This document shows positions 1-7,673 of a DNA stretch of 24,771 bases, in pieces (positions within the stretch are counted from its first letter, which is position 1; each line of letters opens with the position of its first letter). The notes under the pieces were generated by a model. The model worked only from the letters and a program-made list of their open reading frames with translations. It had not been told where the DNA came from and searched no databases. The translations under genes and the position numbers were made by a program. The stretch comes from Armatimonadota bacterium (GTDB lineage Bacteria; Armatimonadota; Zipacnadia; Zipacnadales; UBA5352), in the NCBI GenBank assembly GCA_034722055.1, contig JAYENL010000239.1, positions 1 through 24,771 of the forward strand, read 5' to 3'.

Positions 1-455
1 AGCGGCGGGCAGCCTTGCCCGCCAGCCATTTGCCGTTGCCGTCTCCCCCTCTCTCGCCTCCGAGCGAAGCACAAACGCCGGGCCGGCCGGTGGTCCGGCC
101 CCTCCATGACTGCTCGCGTCGCTCCCTTTGGCGTAGGGAGCGGCGGGGAGCCTTGCCCGCCAGCCGTTTGCCGTTGCCGTCTCCCCCTCTCTCGCCTCCG
201 AGCGAAGCACAAACGCCGGGCCGGACAATGGTCCGGCCCCTCCATGACGGCTCGCGTCGCTGCGTCTGCCGTACGGAGCGGCGGGCAGCCTTGCCCGCCA
301 GCCGTTTGCCGTCTCCCCCTCCCTCGCCTCCGAGCGAAGCACAAACGCCGGGCCGGCCGGTGGTCCGGCCCCTCCATGACTGCTCGGGGCGCTGCCTCTG
401 CCGTACGGATCGGCGGGCAGCCTTGCCCGCCGGCCGTCTGTCGTTGCCCCCTCTC
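1..455. repeat. Tandem repeat of ~138-bp units (starts 1, 139, 277, partial at 409), each with two REP-like palindromes; BIME-like
   Basis: Units align directly (third unit is 132 bp from a 6-bp deletion). Hairpin A is GGCGGGCA-GCCT-TGCCCGCC. Hairpin B is GGGCCGG..CCGGCCC (GGGCCGGAC-AATG-GTCCGGCCC in unit 2). The array may extend left of the window. Confidence 0.92.
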
Positions 456-714
456 CAGCCTGCGGGCGGCGCCCGCCGACGAGAGTGGAGTGGAGTTTGC
501 GTGGCAAACTCCGAGGGGAGAGGCCCGCGTTCGGGCTGTCCCGACGGCTTCAACCCGCTGGAGAGGTCTTGCGCGTCACAGGCCGAAATGCGCCCCGTCA
601 CGGAGTATGTGCGGCCACGAGCGCGTGAGGGAGGGTGTGGGGCGGTGCCACGTGGCGAGGGCCGCGACCCGGTGCTGGACGCGGCGCTTGCCACGCTGAA
701 GGAGGTGTAGCACC

Positions 715-2961
715 ATGAGGTCACGAGCAATCCAGTACGCTGCTCTGTCGGGACTGGTGATCGCCATGACTGGCGCGCAGGGTGATGTCGCGGAGCATCC
801 CTCGCAGGTCACTGACGAAGAGCTGTGGGCTGCCATGGACCTGCAGCGGCCGGGACTGGAGGACGTGCGGGCGGCGGTGGAGGCCCAGGACTGGCAGGCC
901 GCCGCCGAGGCCTGGGCGGAGTACTTCCGGCGGCGGGAGAGGCCCACCCCGCACGTCCGGCGCGACACCTGGCCGGAGTATGTCCGCGAGCACTATCCGC
1001 AGCTCGTGCAGCCCATCGTGGAGATGGCTGACGAGATCGGCGAGGGCGACATCGCGCACGGCCCCTACGTGCTGCGCGTGGAGGGCCGGGAGATCAAGTG
1101 GCTGGAGAACCCCACCAGGGACACCAACTACGTCTCCGCGGTCGGCTCGCAGTGGTTCCTCAACCCGCTGGGGCGGGCGTATCTGCTCACCGGGGACGAG
1201 AGGTATCCGGAGACATTCGCCTGGATCTTCGACTCCTGGTACGACCACCAGCTTCAGATCCGCGAGCAGCAGGGCGGCCTGGGCTTCGATCCGGTGTTCC
1301 GCGCCTACTACCCCGGGATACGGGCCCGCATCCTCACCGACAACTACTACTGCATGGCCCAGAGCCCGGCCCTGACGCCCGAGCTGCACGTGAAGGTCAT
1401 GAAGCAGCTCCTCGGCTGCGCGGCGTGGCTCTACGCGCATGAGAGCCCGCGCTACCGCCGCGGCAACCAGCAGGTGGCAGCGGTGCTGGGCTGCGGCATC
1501 GGCGGCCTGGTCTTCCCGGAGTTCCGCGACGCCGAGCAGTGGGTGGAGCTGGCCGAGCGGCGCATGCGCGAGCACCTCCAGCAGGACTTCTTCGCCGACG
1601 GCGGCCACAGGGAGCTGTGCACCCAGTACCATAAGACCGTCCTGCGCGACATCGGCTACGTGGCGCTGACCGCGGAGGCCAACGGTCGCGAGAGCCTCTA
1701 CTCCGACCCCGAGGCCGGACCGCTGATCGAGCGCGCCTGCGAGTGGCTGGCGAAGCTGGTCATGCCCACCGGCGAGACCCCGGCGCTGCACTCGGCGGTC
1801 TTTGCCACCGACTACGCGGTGCATCTGGAGCTGGCGGCGCGGCACTTCGGGCGGCCGGACTTCGCGTGGCTGGCCGGGCGCGTCTGGGAGCGCGGGCAGG
1901 CGCCGAGCCAGAAGTCGCCCTTCGGGTTCGCGAACTTCATGCTGGCGGCAGCCACCGGGGATTCGCCGACGCCCGGGCCGAAGCGGCCCCAGTGGCTGAG
2001 TCTGCACCTGGCGGACTCGGGCTTCGCGGTGATGCGCACCGGGTGGGAGCCGGAGGACCGCTACCTGGTGGCACAGTACGGGTGGGCGAACACCGGCCAC
2101 GCCTACCCCGCCGCGCTGCACCTGCTCTACGAGTCGAACGGGGAGCTGGTGGCGACCTCGCCGGGCTCTCCCCGCAGCTACCGCCATCCGGCCTACGGCT
2201 ACTGCCACTCCACGCCCAGCCACAACGTGGTCACTATCGACGGGGAGAGCTACCCGGGCAGACCGGCCCCGGGCGGGCACCTGGAGCTGCTGGAGGACCT
2301 GCCGGGCGCGTGGATGTTCAGCGGCTACCACGAGGGCTACGAGGAGCCCTTCGGCGCGACGGTCCACCGCGACATCCTGGTCGTGAAGGACGGGCCGGTC
2401 CTCGTCCGCGACCGGATCGTCGGCGGCGAGGGCCATGAGGCCCAGTGGAGCTTCCATACCCCGCTGGAGATGAGCGTGGCCGCGGAGCGCACCGCGCACC
2501 TGGAGGGCAGCGTGCGCTACACGCTTTCGGCGGCGCGCCCGGACGAGATCGAGCAGGTCACTACCGAGGAGCACTGGGAGGCGGTGCTGCCGCGCGACTG
2601 CCAGCCGGAGGACTGCGGCGCGCCCGTGAATGTGCTGCGCTGGCACAAGCGCATCGGTCCCGAGGGCGCGCAGTTCGCGGCGGCGCTGTTCGAGGGCGAC
2701 GGACACATCGAGGCCGCGGGCGAGGATGCCTATCGGCTGACGCTCGGCGACCGGCGGTGGTTGGTGCTGTTCGGCGACGATGGCGGGCGGGTGGAGGTCG
2801 ATGACGTGGCGGCCATCGCTCGCTGCGCCTGCGTGGAGCTGCGCGACGGCAAGCCCACCCGCGCGTGGGTCTTCGAGGGCACGCGGCTGACCGTCGGCGA
2901 CAGGCAGTGGCTGAGCTCGCGCGAGCGGACCTCGCGCGAGGTCGAGCCGCCGGGGCTGTGA
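715..2961 (+). CDS. Secreted heparinase II/III-like polysaccharide lyase (alpha/alpha toroid plus beta-sandwich), 748 aa
   Basis: SD AAGGAGG before ATG; N-terminal signal peptide; motifs LGRAYLLTGDERY, DGGHRELCTQYH, DSGFAVMRTGW, HNVVTIDG typical of Hepar_II_III family proteins. Confidence 0.85.
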   Translation: MRSRAIQYAALSGLVIAMTGAQGDVAEHPSQVTDEELWAAMDLQRPGLEDVRAAVEAQDWQAAAEAWAEYFRRRERPTPHVRRDTWPEYVREHYPQLVQPIVEMADEIGEGDIAHGPYVLRVEGREIKWLENPTRDTNYVSAVGSQWFLNPLGRAYLLTGDERYPETFAWIFDSWYDHQLQIREQQGGLGFDPVFRAYYPGIRARILTDNYYCMAQSPALTPELHVKVMKQLLGCAAWLYAHESPRYRRGNQQVAAVLGCGIGGLVFPEFRDAEQWVELAERRMREHLQQDFFADGGHRELCTQYHKTVLRDIGYVALTAEANGRESLYSDPEAGPLIERACEWLAKLVMPTGETPALHSAVFATDYAVHLELAARHFGRPDFAWLAGRVWERGQAPSQKSPFGFANFMLAAATGDSPTPGPKRPQWLSLHLADSGFAVMRTGWEPEDRYLVAQYGWANTGHAYPAALHLLYESNGELVATSPGSPRSYRHPAYGYCHSTPSHNVVTIDGESYPGRPAPGGHLELLEDLPGAWMFSGYHEGYEEPFGATVHRDILVVKDGPVLVRDRIVGGEGHEAQWSFHTPLEMSVAAERTAHLEGSVRYTLSAARPDEIEQVTTEEHWEAVLPRDCQPEDCGAPVNVLRWHKRIGPEGAQFAAALFEGDGHIEAAGEDAYRLTLGDRRWLVLFGDDGGRVEVDDVAAIARCACVELRDGKPTRAWVFEGTRLTVGDRQWLSSRERTSREVEPPGL

Positions 2962-2964
2962 GGT

Positions 2965-3025
2965 GCTGCCGGGCCGCCCCCAGGGCCGAGTGGTTCCCAG
3001 GGACGCACTGGCCGGGCACGGCAGC
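2965..3025. terminator. Long imperfect hairpin between convergent genes, possible bidirectional terminator
   Basis: GCTGCCG (2965-2971) pairs with CGGCAGC (3019-3025), enclosing GGCC-G-AGTG/CACT-GGCC and TCCC/GGGA. No U-tract. Confidence 0.4.
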
Positions 3026-3046
3026 CGTAACGGCGCCGCGCTTCAG

Positions 3047-4210
3047 TCAGTAGACGCCGACCTCTTCAATCGTCACGTTTTCGGGGGGCAGGAGGTTGTC
3101 GTGGGGGTCGGCGGTCCCGGTGGCGAGCGCCCAGAAGGTGAGGTCCTTGTCCGCGATGCTCACATTGCATTCCGCGTCCAGGCGCCCCGCGATCTGCCGT
3201 ATGTGTGAGGAGGAGGTCGCTGCGATGCACGCCGCCCCGGTACCCAGGCTGTGCGCACCGGCAAGGACAAGAGCCAGGCGGTCGTTGGGGAAGCACGGGT
3301 GTGGCCCTCGCACGACGAGGCCGGAGTCTTTGGAGAAGATCGTCCCCTCCTCCACCTCTGTGACCTCGGCGGGAACGGGTTCGTCTCCCCGGTAGAGCAT
3401 CATGGGGTAGTCGCCGACCTCCTCCTCTCCGGGAGCGGCGCCGAGGCGCCATTGCGGCCCCCTGCTGGTGATAAGCGATTCCAGCACGCCGGGGGTAAAC
3501 TGATTGACCTTGCCGGAGCCGATGAGGTAGAGGCTGCCCGGCGTGGTGACGAGATTGGGATCGGCGTGCTTGGCTGAGATCAGGTCCACGCAGTCGCGCT
3601 CTCCCAGCATCAGGCCGAAGGCCGAGATCAGCCCGCGGATGCCCAGATTGTCGCCGTACGTCCGCCGGTCATAGGCCTGCCCATGAATCCGAGCCTTGGG
3701 ACCAGGATACTTGGGGCTGGCCACGACGTAGGCCGGCTGCGGCGTCGGCGGTAACAGCATGTCGCGGAGAATAGCCACCTCTGAGTACAATTGCACCCGC
3801 AGCTCCCTGCGCAGATCCTCCTTGAGCGCCGCGATTCCTGCCGGGCTCTCCTCGTACTCCACGTGCAGGCGACCCCGCAGGTCGGTGGCCATCTGCTCCC
3901 CGCGCTTGAGGAGGAAGACGCTGGGCTTATCCAGCGCTGTCGCGTAGCCGATCTCGTAGAATACGTTCGGATTCTCGTGCGAGACCTCGGCGATGACCAG
4001 CTCCGCGCGCCCGATGAGCGTGTGCACCTTCGACAGCAGGTCCTGGCCGGCGCCCGGGACATCCTCCGCGTCAACGCAGGCCATGTCGAACTCCTCGACG
4101 ATGGGCCGGACTACCTCCCGAATGAGGGCGTACTTCGTCCCGAACTCGCGGATCACGAAGACGTAGGGCTTCCCCTTGGTGATCTCCTGAACCGCCTGCC
4201 AGATGCGCAT
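3047..4210 (-). CDS. Two-domain protein: N-terminal nucleoside 2-deoxyribosyltransferase-like (NDT/TIR-like) domain plus uncharacterised alpha/beta C-terminal domain
   Basis: N-terminal FVIREF...AELVIAEVSHENPNVFYEIGYATALDKP is the NDT-like signature. C-terminal LYLIGSGKVN...DSGLVVRGPHP...LVLAGAHSLGTGAA. Start placed at ATG 4210; the ORF is open to TTG 4258. Confidence 0.75.
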   Translation of the reverse strand: MRIWQAVQEITKGKPYVFVIREFGTKYALIREVVRPIVEEFDMACVDAEDVPGAGQDLLSKVHTLIGRAELVIAEVSHENPNVFYEIGYATALDKPSVFLLKRGEQMATDLRGRLHVEYEESPAGIAALKEDLRRELRVQLYSEVAILRDMLLPPTPQPAYVVASPKYPGPKARIHGQAYDRRTYGDNLGIRGLISAFGLMLGERDCVDLISAKHADPNLVTTPGSLYLIGSGKVNQFTPGVLESLITSRGPQWRLGAAPGEEEVGDYPMMLYRGDEPVPAEVTEVEEGTIFSKDSGLVVRGPHPCFPNDRLALVLAGAHSLGTGAACIAATSSSHIRQIAGRLDAECNVSIADKDLTFWALATGTADPHDNLLPPENVTIEEVGVY

Positions 4211-4472
4211 GCCCGCCGACGTCTCCACGCCAAACACCTCCGATACATTCACCCGCAAGAAGGCGAGATTGGCTTCGATCCCATGACGCGCGCGGCAAGG
4301 CGCACATTCCCGACGATGGGCCCGAATCCCTTCGGTCCTATGTCGCTACCCCCAACTCCACGATCCACGCCGCGAGCTGCGCCCGCCCCCCAGTAGGCCC
4401 AGCCGACCGGCGTACCGTCCTGCGCCCGGACACACGGGCATACTGCCAGCGCCACCGCATTGGTCTGCGTCA

Positions 4473-5612
4473 TCAGTACATTCCGTACTCCCTGCAGGCC
4501 CGGAAGTAGGTCTCGATGTTCTCGGGCGGCGTGCCCTCCCGGAAGCTGTCCGAGGAGCCGATGATGAAGCCCCCGCCGGGCTTGGCGAGCTCCATGGCCT
4601 CCCGCACCGTCTCCTCCACCAGCTCCGGCGTGCCGTGCTTGATGACATACAGCAGGTCCACGTAGCCCTTGATGGTGGTCCGCTCCCCGATGGTCCGCTT
4701 GGCCTCGGCGAGGTCGAAGTCGCCGACCGGCGGCGGTGTGCAGGTCTCCAGCACGTCCACGCCGCAGTCGGCGATCATCTCCATCGAATCCGCCAGCTTC
4801 CCGTCATCATAGTAGTCGTGGTAGGCGCCGTAGCCGTGCGTCAGCTCCACGTGCTCGCGGATCTGCGGGACGAAGACCTCCTCGAAGATGGCCGGCGACC
4901 AGCCCGAGGAGAGCGAGTTGTAGTACCAGCTTCCGAAGATGAACTCCACCCCGCCCTCCAGGGCGGCCCGAACCTGCTGGAGGGAGCGCTGGTGGAAGAT
5001 GTCGATGACCGCGTCGAACAGCTCCCGGTCGGTGTAGTAATCGATCATCAGGTTCTCCATGCCCCGCGCATCGCCGGCCTGGTGATCCAGGCCGCTGCGG
5101 ATGCAGACCATCACCACCCCGCGGTCCCCCAGCGTCTCCTCCGCGCGGTGGACGTAGTCGTAGCTCGTGCGCACCTGCGGCAGGATATGGCGCAGGGCGT
5201 CCAGGTCATCGCGCGACTCCACCAGGTGCTCGAGCTTCACGGGATTGGGCGACACGCCGTACTCCCGGCCCGCCGGAGGCACGCGGGTGACGTCGGAGAG
5301 CCGGCCCGCCGGGGTGTGGAAGGTGCGCTCCACGATGTAGCAGTCGCCGTCATCGCGCCGGCTCTGCTCCACGTGCACGTCGGGCAGGTCGTACTCCTGG
5401 GGGTGTGAGTAGACGTAGTTGGGAGTGGGCTCCCCGAGGATGTGCATGAAGTCCACGTCCGGCAGCCGCCGCATCTGGTTCTCGAGGCTCAGGTCGTCGT
5501 ACACGGTGCTGAACCACGCGGAGTAGCGGGGCGAGATGGGGACCCGGTCGGGCTCCTCGTGCCGCAGCGCCGTCAGGATGCGCTCCCGTCCGGTCATCTC
5601 CGCTGGTGGCAT
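4473..5612 (-). CDS. Uroporphyrinogen decarboxylase (URO-D/MtaA-CmuA-like) family protein
   Basis: MTGRERILTALRHEEPDRVP N-terminus; TPAGRL, RGMENLMID, FDLAEAKRTIG, GTPELVEETVRE, PGGGFIIGSS, TPPENI. GGAGG lies 6 nt before ATG 5612. Confidence 0.88.
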   Translation of the reverse strand: MPPAEMTGRERILTALRHEEPDRVPISPRYSAWFSTVYDDLSLENQMRRLPDVDFMHILGEPTPNYVYSHPQEYDLPDVHVEQSRRDDGDCYIVERTFHTPAGRLSDVTRVPPAGREYGVSPNPVKLEHLVESRDDLDALRHILPQVRTSYDYVHRAEETLGDRGVVMVCIRSGLDHQAGDARGMENLMIDYYTDRELFDAVIDIFHQRSLQQVRAALEGGVEFIFGSWYYNSLSSGWSPAIFEEVFVPQIREHVELTHGYGAYHDYYDDGKLADSMEMIADCGVDVLETCTPPPVGDFDLAEAKRTIGERTTIKGYVDLLYVIKHGTPELVEETVREAMELAKPGGGFIIGSSDSFREGTPPENIETYFRACREYGMY

Positions 5613-5818
5613 TGTCATCCTCCGCTGCAGCGCGGTGTTCGGGGCGCGGTCAGGAGCTGTGGCGACTGACCGCGCAGGTTCCACCCCGGCCCCGGGCGCT
5701 CGGAGCCAAACGGCATGCAGGCGAGGGCGCCTGCATTACTCAACGTGTGGCCTGGGGTGAGACCCGAACAGACACACCACCGTGACGCCCCACGACACGC
5801 GAACTTCCGCCCTGAGCA

Positions 5819-7030
5819 TTACGGCGCGGCCGCCGCCAGCTCGCGCTCCAGCAGGATGGCGTCCTCCACCAGCCGCTTGGCCTGACCCAGCAGCACGATG
5901 ACCTCCTCCGCCGTCAGGCTGGCCCGCCGCTGCTGCTGGCTATCGAGGTAGCGCCAGCGGCCCAGGAGCATGGTCAGCCGGGAGGCGGCGTCAAAGGGCC
6001 GCGCATCCCCGGGCAGGAAGACGTAGGTCCTGTAGGCCTTGGCGATCTTCGCGACGGCCTCATCGAGCGTGGCGCCCAGCGGGGCCAGCTCGAAGGGCAT
6101 CTGCGGGGTCCGCAGGGCCGTGAGCGCGGTGGTGCCCGCCACGACCTGCACCGACAGCTCCACGGCGCAGCGGCCGCCGCGGTTGACCTCCCAGGTCACC
6201 GGCACCGCCCGGGCCTCCCCGGCGCCGAGCGTGAGCTTCTCGACGTCGAAGAAGTGCGCCCGGCGGGTGGGGCCGCTGACGCGCACATTGACCTTCACGG
6301 TCTGCGGCTCGGCGGTGAGATTCCGGAGGCTGACATCGGTGGTGTTGCGCCCGTACCAGGGCTCGTCGATGGGCGGCACCTCGCACCGCAGGGCGGGCCT
6401 GCCGAAGCTCATGGTGCCCACGGTCCCCGGCTGTCCGGTCATGGAGCTGGTCTCCGCGATGCGGGGGGCGTGGCGGTGCAGGTTCAGCCCCCAGGTGGCG
6501 CCGGCCTCGGGGGTGCCGTCGGCGCCGAACAGGTAGGCGACCTCCACGACCCAGGCGCTCTCACCCACGGCGGCAGCGCAGTCCCACGCGATGGTCGGCT
6601 GGGGGTCGCCGTCGATGGCGTCGTACTCGGTGCCCTCCGGGTTGACGGCCAGGGTCACGACGGTCTCCCCGTCGTTGCCGGGATCCAGGACGATAGTCAG
6701 CGACTCATCGGAGGTCACCGCGCCGTCGCGCTGGGCGGCGGTGCACTGCACCGCCAGCGGCATGGGCTCCTGCATCCACGCGGCGACGTACAGGCCGGTA
6801 TCGTCGTACCCCAGCCAGGCCCTAGTGCGCAGCGAGGGGACGCCGCCGTCCTCGAGGATGAAAGGCCCCGCCATGGCGGCCCGCGCCCACTCTCCCTCCT
6901 CCAGCGTGCCGTCGATGGTCGGCGCGGTCGCCAGCCTGGGACATGTGACCGCCGCCGGGCTGGACAGCCCCGCATGAGAGCACGCAGCCCCCATTGCCAG
7001 CAGGGCGATGATCAGCAGCACCCGTCGCAT
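5819..7030 (-). CDS. Secreted protein with CBM9/DOMON-like sugar-binding domain
   Basis: GGGAGG SD; signal peptide MRRVLLIIALLAMGAACSHA; APTIDGTLEEGEW, YDDTGLYVA, WVVEVA, WGLNLHR motifs of CBM9-like domains. Confidence 0.75.
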   Translation of the reverse strand: MRRVLLIIALLAMGAACSHAGLSSPAAVTCPRLATAPTIDGTLEEGEWARAAMAGPFILEDGGVPSLRTRAWLGYDDTGLYVAAWMQEPMPLAVQCTAAQRDGAVTSDESLTIVLDPGNDGETVVTLAVNPEGTEYDAIDGDPQPTIAWDCAAAVGESAWVVEVAYLFGADGTPEAGATWGLNLHRHAPRIAETSSMTGQPGTVGTMSFGRPALRCEVPPIDEPWYGRNTTDVSLRNLTAEPQTVKVNVRVSGPTRRAHFFDVEKLTLGAGEARAVPVTWEVNRGGRCAVELSVQVVAGTTALTALRTPQMPFELAPLGATLDEAVAKIAKAYRTYVFLPGDARPFDAASRLTMLLGRWRYLDSQQQRRASLTAEEVIVLLGQAKRLVEDAILLERELAAAAP

Positions 7031-7209
7031 CGCGGTCGCCTCCCTGCCCGCCAGATTCATCTCCCGCGCCCTTTCGTCGCATCCCACGCCCATCCCTCCC
7101 GCCGGCCCCGGCAGGTCCCGAGCCCGTGGCGCGAGAATAGATACCGACACACCCCCCGCACGCCCGCGTGGGGGCAGGTCCACACACATGCATGGGAGGG
7201 CAACACGGA

Positions 7210-7539
7210 ATGCCGGTCATCAATGCGCGTGAGCTTCGCGACAACCCGGACGCTTCCGAGCACTTCTCCTCCTTCGGAGTCATGCAGGTGCCGCGGGGGG
7301 AGTCCGTCGAGCTGCATTTCCACGACTGCGACGAGTGGTGGATCGTGACCCGCGGGCACGCCCTCATCTCCACCGAGGGCGAGGACCATGAGATCCAGCC
7401 CGGCGACATGGTCTACACCCCCATGGGGGAGGACCACGCCATCATGGAGGTCTACCGCGACCTGGAGGGCGTCTACTTCGAGGGACCCCTGCAGGGCCAG
7501 AAGCGTCGCGGGCACCTCCACCACCCGGACGACGACTGA
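7210..7539 (+). CDS. Cupin domain protein
   Basis: HFHDCDEWWIVTRG and GDMVYTPMGEDH metal-binding cupin motifs; GGGAGG upstream. Confidence 0.88.
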   Translation: MPVINARELRDNPDASEHFSSFGVMQVPRGESVELHFHDCDEWWIVTRGHALISTEGEDHEIQPGDMVYTPMGEDHAIMEVYRDLEGVYFEGPLQGQKRRGHLHHPDDD

Positions 7540-7673
7540 GCCGCATGAATGCGCGCAGCTCGGCCTGCGCCTGACGCGCACGGTGAGGCGCGGGCGCACA
7601 CTCGTGGACCCGAGGCTTGCAGCGGGGATGACATTCAGGGCGCGTAGAGGTGATCAAGAGCGGGTCGTCGGAC

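Noticed and set aside
1..455. CRISPR array
   Set aside because: Whole 138-bp units are conserved, there are no unique spacers, and no cas genes are present.
15..710. 231-aa and 197-aa ORFs over the tandem repeat
   Set aside because: Low-complexity translations of palindromic DNA with no SD or recognisable domain; only the last ~17 codons look protein-like.
721..2706. Long antisense ORFs (661 aa here; also 16505-17920, 10228-11325, 15481-16497, 9203-10210)
   Set aside because: Shadow ORFs expected from high-GC codon bias opposite well-supported genes.
4249..4473. 74-aa ORF between the URO-D-like and NDT-like genes
   Set aside because: No recognisable motif. The region contains an imperfect hairpin (~4312-4346) and is more likely a non-coding leader or terminator.
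5676..5689. 14-bp match AGGTTCCACCCCGG with 24758-24771 as possible att sites
   Set aside because: A single 14-mer match is plausible by chance in 25 kb of GC-rich DNA. There is no integrase, the enclosed genes are housekeeping-like, and the second copy is cut by the window edge.
5613..5818. Cobalamin riboswitch upstream of the URO-D-like gene
   Set aside because: The conserved GGGAA, CCCGCAACTGT and B12-box motifs were not found on the - strand.
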